From NCBI RefSeq assembly GCF_000743755.1, contig NW_014569515.1, positions 1 to 55,076 on the forward strand: DNA of 55,076 nucleotides, in the 5' to 3' direction. The notes below the pieces were generated by a model that saw only the letters and a list, made by a program, of their open reading frames with translations, was not told where the DNA came from and did not search any database. Shown here one piece after another: positions 48,809 to 55,076 of this stretch (positions are counted from its first letter, which is position 1; each line of letters opens with the position of its first letter). Source of the DNA: Blastocystis sp. subtype 4 (Eukaryota). A program made the position numbers and the translations under genes.

Positions 48809-48822
48809 TGTTTGTACAAACA
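48809..48822. terminator. Perfect palindromic bidirectional polyadenylation element
   Basis: TGTTTGTACAAACA between the convergent Rpt3 and DUF89 genes. Confidence 0.75.
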
Positions 48823-48863
48823 GTAAAATCAATAGGATGGTTATAAATAACATTGAGATAGGA

Positions 48864-50592
48864 TTACTTACAATGGGATGGTTGATAAAACTGAATGATA
48901 CCAAATCGTCCATCACAATCCCATGTGGCGTCAATCTTCTTGGCTTGTTCCTGGATTTCTTTACTAATTCCGATATTCACATTACTTTTGAGAGTTCGCA
49001 AGAGGAGAAAAGGGCAAGGATAGTAACTACAGATAAGTGATTGAAAACAAGATTACTCCATCACTCGACTCATAGGTACATCATAGGGCCAATGCAGATC
49101 CCCAACTAGCCGACGGTAGTTCGCATCTCCCTTTCCAATCATTAAATCCTGTTCAGCTAACAGTTCTGCTAAAGAACATGGCATCTCCCATCCTGGAGAA
49201 GCAGTACAAAGGAAAGGACAAGCATAATAGGAGAGACGGTGTTTTGATTCAGCCTCAGTCAGACTATGAACAATCCATTGGATATCTATCTCATATGAAG
49301 ATCATTATTACTACCATCAACTGCGAGATTACAAAGGGCATCAAGAGTAGGTCGAATATCAGGTATCGTAACGTCTGACACAAATACAGGGTCACTTTTC
49401 ACGACATACAAGATAGACATATCTGGATAGTAGTGGAGAAGAATTGCGATTAATGTTAAATCACACAACAATTCCAATCCAACATTATCGGCAAAGATTG
49501 CTATCTTGTGAAGAGGTCTTGAATGGAGATATTCCCACGCAGTATCCATATTGTTCACCAACAACACATTTCCCGATTCTGTCTGAATCTCTTCCTTCTC
49601 AATCTTCCCTCCAGACATACTCAAATCAGCCTTATTTCCCCACAAATTACGGAGGAGAAGTGCTTGGAATACTTCCTCTGTAAACTCAGGATTTTCCCTC
49701 ACAGCGGCTATCAATGGCTTCACGAGTTGTGGAAAAACAAGAAGAGCCGCTGAGAGTGCATCTTGTTTCAGATAGTGAAATGGATCTGCTGGCATGTCAG
49801 GAGATGCAATCGATTGTTGGATCCGATTCAACAGAACATATTCATAGTTCTCTGCTAGCCACCACGGAATCGAATGCCAAGTACAACCATCGATTCGTGC
49901 TCTGGTTACTTTAGAAGTGAACAGAATGTCCAGGAGGCCCCGTGAATGAGAATCACAATCCTCTAAAGAACCATCAGTTCGAATCGTCTCTGCCAATTCT
50001 TCATATCTCTGCTTGTCTTTGTCTTTTAGATTCCGTATGGATTCCGCTGTTTGACGGATAATTGTTGGAATACGTTTCCGCACTGTGATTCCAGTGAAAG
50101 TGTCCTATTTGAGAAGCAATTCACACAAATTACAGGTCCATCTGTTCCTCTAAGTGGTTCTGGAAGATTTCCAGGAGAATGAATATAGGGATACATATCC
50201 CACTTCTGAATATGAGTAATGATATCTCTCTCCTTGACTGTATAACAGTCTTTCATATCCGATGTTGAAAATACTAAGAAGCCATACGAATGCCATGAAG
50301 CAATACTGGTAACAGGACAACGACATACAAGAAGAACATTTTCAAATTCTCTGAGCCATTTGACTTCCGGTAAAAACGGTTTATGTTGAAAAGAAGAGGT
50401 TACTTCCATCAACCACCGATCATTCACTGATTTCCATTGAAAATGACTTTTTGATAGGACAGTAACAAGATCTGTATAACTCCTATTCATAGTATCACCA
50501 TTCCACCCCTCATCTTTTCCTTCAGGAGAAACAATGAGGACAACAGTGTTAGTACAAGTACAGTAATCCAAAAGAGTTAATGGATTCATCAA
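48864..50592 (-). CDS. Damage-control phosphatase ARMT1/DUF89-like, with N-terminal extension
   Basis: LPEPLRG, RKRIP, PWWLAENY, DPF..LK, LWGNKADLS, DNVGLELLCDL, PVFVSDVT, KGDANYRRLVGD. Confidence 0.88.
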
Positions 50593-50698
50593 ATAGCCAT
50601 TGTGGAAAGAGAATCAGAAATCATCCCTATTCGTAACACTCAAGAAAATTCCAAGATTTTGTCAACTCAAACATAAGATTGAGTCATATCCTCTGAAA

Positions 50699-51190
50699 AT
50701 GAGCTCATCGGATCGAGCGTCAACACATTCTCGACAGCCTCAGAAGATGGAAACAACTCGTTCAGATGAGCGCTATTCTAACAAATACAAAAGAAGATCA
50801 AGATCTCGAGACCGAAAAAGTCGAGATCGGCGACAAGACCGGAGTCCGTCGTATGATTCCTATTCATACTCGTATTCCGATTATTCGTATTCTTCCAGGT
50901 CTCCTTCACCACAAAAGAGTATTTTTAGTTGATTCTCTATCAGTCTGTAGAGACCAAACCTCCAAAGACTGGAGCTACGGATGAAAGAGATGATAGATCT
51001 CAACTTCCAATTAGAGAGCGTATTCCATTGCCAGATCTTGGTGCAATGAAACGAATGATGTCAAATCTCCATAGATCAAATCAAATAGCTGAAAAACGAG
51101 AAAAGGATGCATGTAAACGGAAGTTAGAGGTAGGTGTCTCTTGTGTTGGTGACTGAGTAGGAATTGGAGAAAAAGCTTGGTTATAGGTAA
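50699..51190 (+). CDS. Small RS/SY-rich protein of unknown function
   Basis: RRSRSRDRKSRDRR..SYSYSYS..RSPSP, two short introns, ends KLGYR*. Confidence 0.6.
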
Positions 51191-51306
51191 TTTTCATTGA
51201 ATTTGTTCCATATCTTGCTTGAGTATGTTTGTTAGTCATCATCCATTTTCCCGGTTTGGTGGAAACGCTCTAAGTCGAATATTTCGATAACTAACCTGTG
51301 AATTCG

Positions 51307-52161
51307 ATGGTGCTACCGCAGAATGTTTCGATCTCGGATGATACTCTAAAGAGAGCGATCGAGGATCTCCGGAAACAACTCGAAGAGTCAAAGGAATCAC
51401 AGGCTGCGCAACTAATTGACGATGTTGATACCATACAGCTGCAGATATCGTTACAGATAGCTGGTCAACGAAAGAATACTCCTATCGTGATTAAGCTTCC
51501 TCATCCTCTATTTGATGTAGCCAATGGAGATAGTGCTATTCTATTCGTTTCTGATAATGATACACAGTCGAAGGGAAGACTTCAGGAAGTTCCCGTGGCA
51601 GGTGTGGAAAAGGTGATTAATCTCGGGAAGGCACGAAAGAATCTGGCAACATATAAGCTGAAACGTGATTTGATGAAGCGTTATTCTGTGTATTTGGCTG
51701 ATGAAGCTATTATTCCAATGATGCCATCTATTATTGGTAAGAAGGCAATGGATGCAAAGAAGATCCCGTTCCCTATCAAGACAAAAGTGAGTTCAGCACA
51801 GGCTCTTGCAGGAAATGTGAAAGCTGCATTAAGTAGTACTCAACTCTTTCTCTTTGGTACTTGCACTGTAGTTCGAGTCGCTCACTTTGATAGTTCGAAT
51901 GAGGAGATTCTAGACAATCTGAAAGAAGTTATAAGAGTGATGAATGAGCGTATACCAGTTCTTGCTATTGAGGGAATCATTCTGAAGTCCTCAAAGGGCA
52001 AGGGAATTGTTCTTTATAAGGCACCTGGTGAGGTGGTAGCGAAAGTTGCTATGATGACCCCCGAGGAGAAATTGGCGTATTGGGGTGGTTCGAAGGTTTC
52101 CACGGTTCAGGTGGATAAAGAGAATGTAAATTTACCTGCTAAGGAAGCTACAACCGCCTGA
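51307..52161 (+). CDS. Ribosomal L1 domain-containing protein (RSL1D1/Utp30/Cic1-like), intronless
   Basis: IKLPHPL, YKLKRDLMKRYSVYLADEAIIPMMPSIIGK..KKIPFPI, VRVAH..EEILDNL. Confidence 0.85.
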   Translation: MVLPQNVSISDDTLKRAIEDLRKQLEESKESQAAQLIDDVDTIQLQISLQIAGQRKNTPIVIKLPHPLFDVANGDSAILFVSDNDTQSKGRLQEVPVAGVEKVINLGKARKNLATYKLKRDLMKRYSVYLADEAIIPMMPSIIGKKAMDAKKIPFPIKTKVSSAQALAGNVKAALSSTQLFLFGTCTVVRVAHFDSSNEEILDNLKEVIRVMNERIPVLAIEGIILKSSKGKGIVLYKAPGEVVAKVAMMTPEEKLAYWGGSKVSTVQVDKENVNLPAKEATTA

Positions 52162-52535
52162 ACCTGTCTTCCGCAGGAAACAAAAACATAGAATTTGTTT
52201 GTTTGTTCTTAAACAATAGCAACACTATCTGTTGAGAAACTCACCCATAATTGTAGATTCTGTAAATACCATTTCTAGTTCTCATGTATACTTGTCCAAG
52301 AAGGGATAATATACTACAATGAACTATCACATCGTACAGGCTAAGTACACACTATCCAAACAACAATAGTCTACGACGGATTGATAAATGTGAAGACACC
52401 TTCTTTGGTTCGTTATATCATTATGAGTTATTAAACCATTTCCATTATTAGGATACTTAAATCTCCATAATTGAGAATCCCTTTGAAAACACCTAATCCC
52501 CCAATTATGTCGTTGCACACCTAATCTATGAGCAA

Positions 52536-54508
52536 ATGATTAACCCCAACCCCTCTCCCCTCGCATCAAAGAATCATTCACAAGGAAAAGTTATGGCCAC
52601 ATTTGAATCTGTTCAGACGGGAAACATTCATATTGATCAGGGAGACAGAACTGTTAAGAATCTGAGCCCACTTGCTCTGGATCGAGTACAATACAAGCCT
52701 CGTTATCCTGATTGTTTGGAGAATCCCGAGAAAATATGTGTACATCCTTACAGTGGGCTTATCACTATCTAGGTCGACTTCTACGATAACACTACGTTCA
52801 AGGACATTGATCGTCCTCTGATTGAAAGCTACTTCCCTAATATTATAAAGTTCCCTATTATGCAGTTGATGAAGTGAGGACACGATGGTAGGGATAATCT
52901 ATAGAGGAGAGGGAGAAACCAAGCCTCTTCATGTCGGAATTGTATTCTGTGGTCGTCAGAGTTCGGGAGGTCATAATGTGATCTCTGGTCTTTATGATTA
53001 TCTTCACAAAATGAATCCTCGAAGCAGAGTGTATGGTTTCATTGGAGGAACCTCTGGTCTGTTTGAGGGTTCTTGTATCGAGATCCAGGAAGAGACATTG
53101 AAGTTGTATCGAAATACTGGAGGTTATGATCTTCTGGGCCGTTCTGCTGATAAGATCTCGGAGGAAGACTATGAGAAGGTGATTGCTTCATGTACAAAGT
53201 ATGATCTGGATGGTCTGGTTCTGATTGGTGGAGCTTATACTGCCACAGATGCTACTCTTCTTACTGAGTTCCTTCTCAATAGTGGAATCAAGACACGTAT
53301 TGTGGTGGTTCCCTGTGACTATTCTCGTGACTTGAAGAATAACTTCGTTGAGACAACTGTGGGATTCGATACTTATTGTCGTACGGTCTCTTCTCTCATT
53401 GGTAACATTTGCACGGATTCTCGTTCGGCTGCCAAGTATTATCATTTCATTCGTTTGTTGGGTCGTTCTCCTTCTCATGTGGTTCTGGAAGCTGCTTTGC
53501 AGTCTCATCCCAACTATGCAATTATCTCAGAAGAGGTAGCTGCGAAGCGAATGACTCTTCTTCAAGTAGTAAACAAGATCGCTGATGTGATCTGTGATCG
53601 TGCTGCTAATGGACAGAACTATGGTGTAATTCTGATTCCTGAGGGTCTGATCAAATCGATTTCGGAGTTCTACTTCCTTCTGGATGAGATCTCCACATAT
53701 GTCAACAAGGGAATGCCTCGTGATGAGATCTATGGTAAACTGACTCCCTGGAGCAAGGCACTCTTTGACTTCCTTCCCACTGTCATTCAGCAGCAAATCT
53801 TCAATCCTCCCGAGTCTCGTGGAAACTTCCAGTTGCATGCAATCTCCACTGAAGTGATGATTGCTGATTTGGTGAAACAGGAATTGAAGCGTCGTAAGGA
53901 GGATGGTCGTTACAATGGTAATTTTGATTGTCAGACGCATTTCCTTGGATATCAGGCTCGTACTTCCTTCCCTTCTCTATTTGACTGTGATTACGCTTAT
54001 GCGTTAGGTCGTGAGGCAGCTGCTCTGGTGCAGAATGGTCTTACTGGTTATCTGGCGACTCTTCGGAACCTGAAGGATGAGCCTAAGAACTGGGTACCTT
54101 TTGCTGTCCCACTGTTGGCTTGTACTACAATGGAAGCTAAGCAGGGTGTGTATCGTCCTTCGATTCCTGTTGTTGTTTTGTGGATGGAATAATGCATAGG
54201 AATCCAATGTAGATATGACAGATGCTCCCTTCTTGAAGTTCGTAGCCCATCGTGATTCATGGGCTGTGAAGGATGATTATTGCAACCCTGGAGGTGTGCA
54301 GTTTGGAGGAGCAGGTAGTTGGAATACTACTCTGTCGCTGCAAATTGAGAAGCATGATTACATGAAGCGGATTCAGATGTTGCGAGCCCAGCTGAATAGC
54401 ATTGGTGAGATTTGTCTCCCTGGTTGTGATGATGTGTTGATTGACTCAGCTATTGCTGCTACCAGAGGAGTAATCGAGCAGTTGGAGATTATTAAGAAGA
54501 AGATTTAA
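52536..54508 (+). CDS. Pyrophosphate-dependent phosphofructokinase (long PFP type)
   Basis: VGIVFCGRQSSGGHNVI, YRNTGGYDLLGR, DLDGLVLIGG, GFDT, YYHFIRLLGRSPSH, IPEGLI, FLGYQAR..PSLFD. Confidence 0.93.
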
Positions 54509-55076
54509 TGTCAAGCGTTTGTTTAACCAGTCCTTCCTTGTTTGTGTCAATCATGTTATAACTGGTATATTCTATAGGAAACTATGTGTTTTCACATCTT
54601 TCAAAGACATTTATATATTCTAACATTGAGATATGCTTACTTCATTTGAGACCATCCACAATTCAAATACACATATTGGCAAGTCACCTTCTTCATCATT
54701 GCAATATGTTTCTAGAATTGGAAAGAACAGAATGCAAACAAGAAAGCACATATTATTACGGAAGTCAATAGTCCATTTAAATGAATCCTATTGTCCACGA
54801 TTATCTGACTTTATTGGTCGACCAATAATGCCAACGAATCTATCGAATTTCCATCATTTCTTTCAATTAATTGATTGGCCAATAGAACCAACAATCTCAT
54901 TTCATTTTCTTAGAATGTCGACCCATAATGTACGTGTATTGTCTCAATCCCGGAAGTTATTCTTTTGCACAACATGTTGTCGCTATCGGAGCCTTGCTTC
55001 TTTCATTGATACAAAGCACCATATCTTTACTGCAAAGTGTGATTATTGTCGTATGCAGTCCTCTGTAAGGTCATCT

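Noticed and set aside
54520..55076. Terminal region with several CCAAT/ATTGG words and a 61-aa ORF
   Set aside because: No recognisable protein or RNA gene; it may be a promoter for a gene outside the window, which cannot be supported here.

Overview
Very compact, low-GC eukaryotic nuclear DNA: about 29 protein genes plus one tRNA, split by many ~29-35 nt GT-AG introns. A TGTTTGTT element recurs at gene 3' ends. Intron size, this motif and anaerobic-type enzymes (PFO, PPi-PFK) point to the stramenopile gut protist Blastocystis (inference). Genes include the PFO 3' end, Tpr/Mlp1, histone H4, a cold-shock protein, Psf2, tRNA-Gly, an Ig-like surface protein, a Sel1-repeat protein, NAT9, Miro, ZMAT2, RPL30, FolD, FCP1, CHID1, NOT2, NCBP3-like, AAGAB-MYND, a WD40 protein, CBM20-TPS/TPP, a fucosyltransferase-like protein, EHD, a Ca-exchanger-like protein, RPL32, WDR33/Pfs2, Rav1/DMXL, Rpt3, ARMT1/DUF89, RSL1D1 and PPi-PFK. 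Main points of interest: (1) several genes whose stop codon is predicted to be completed by polyadenylation; (2) a WDR33/Pfs2 polyadenylation factor spliced in frame to three zinc knuckles, two of them Mpe1/RBBP6-like, which itself ends in such a stop; (3) palindromic bidirectional poly(A) signals; (4) a predicted 1-nt exon and a 4-nt exon; (5) two 39-40 nt AT-AC U12-type introns. All gene models were spliced by hand and family calls rest on remembered motifs, not database searches.
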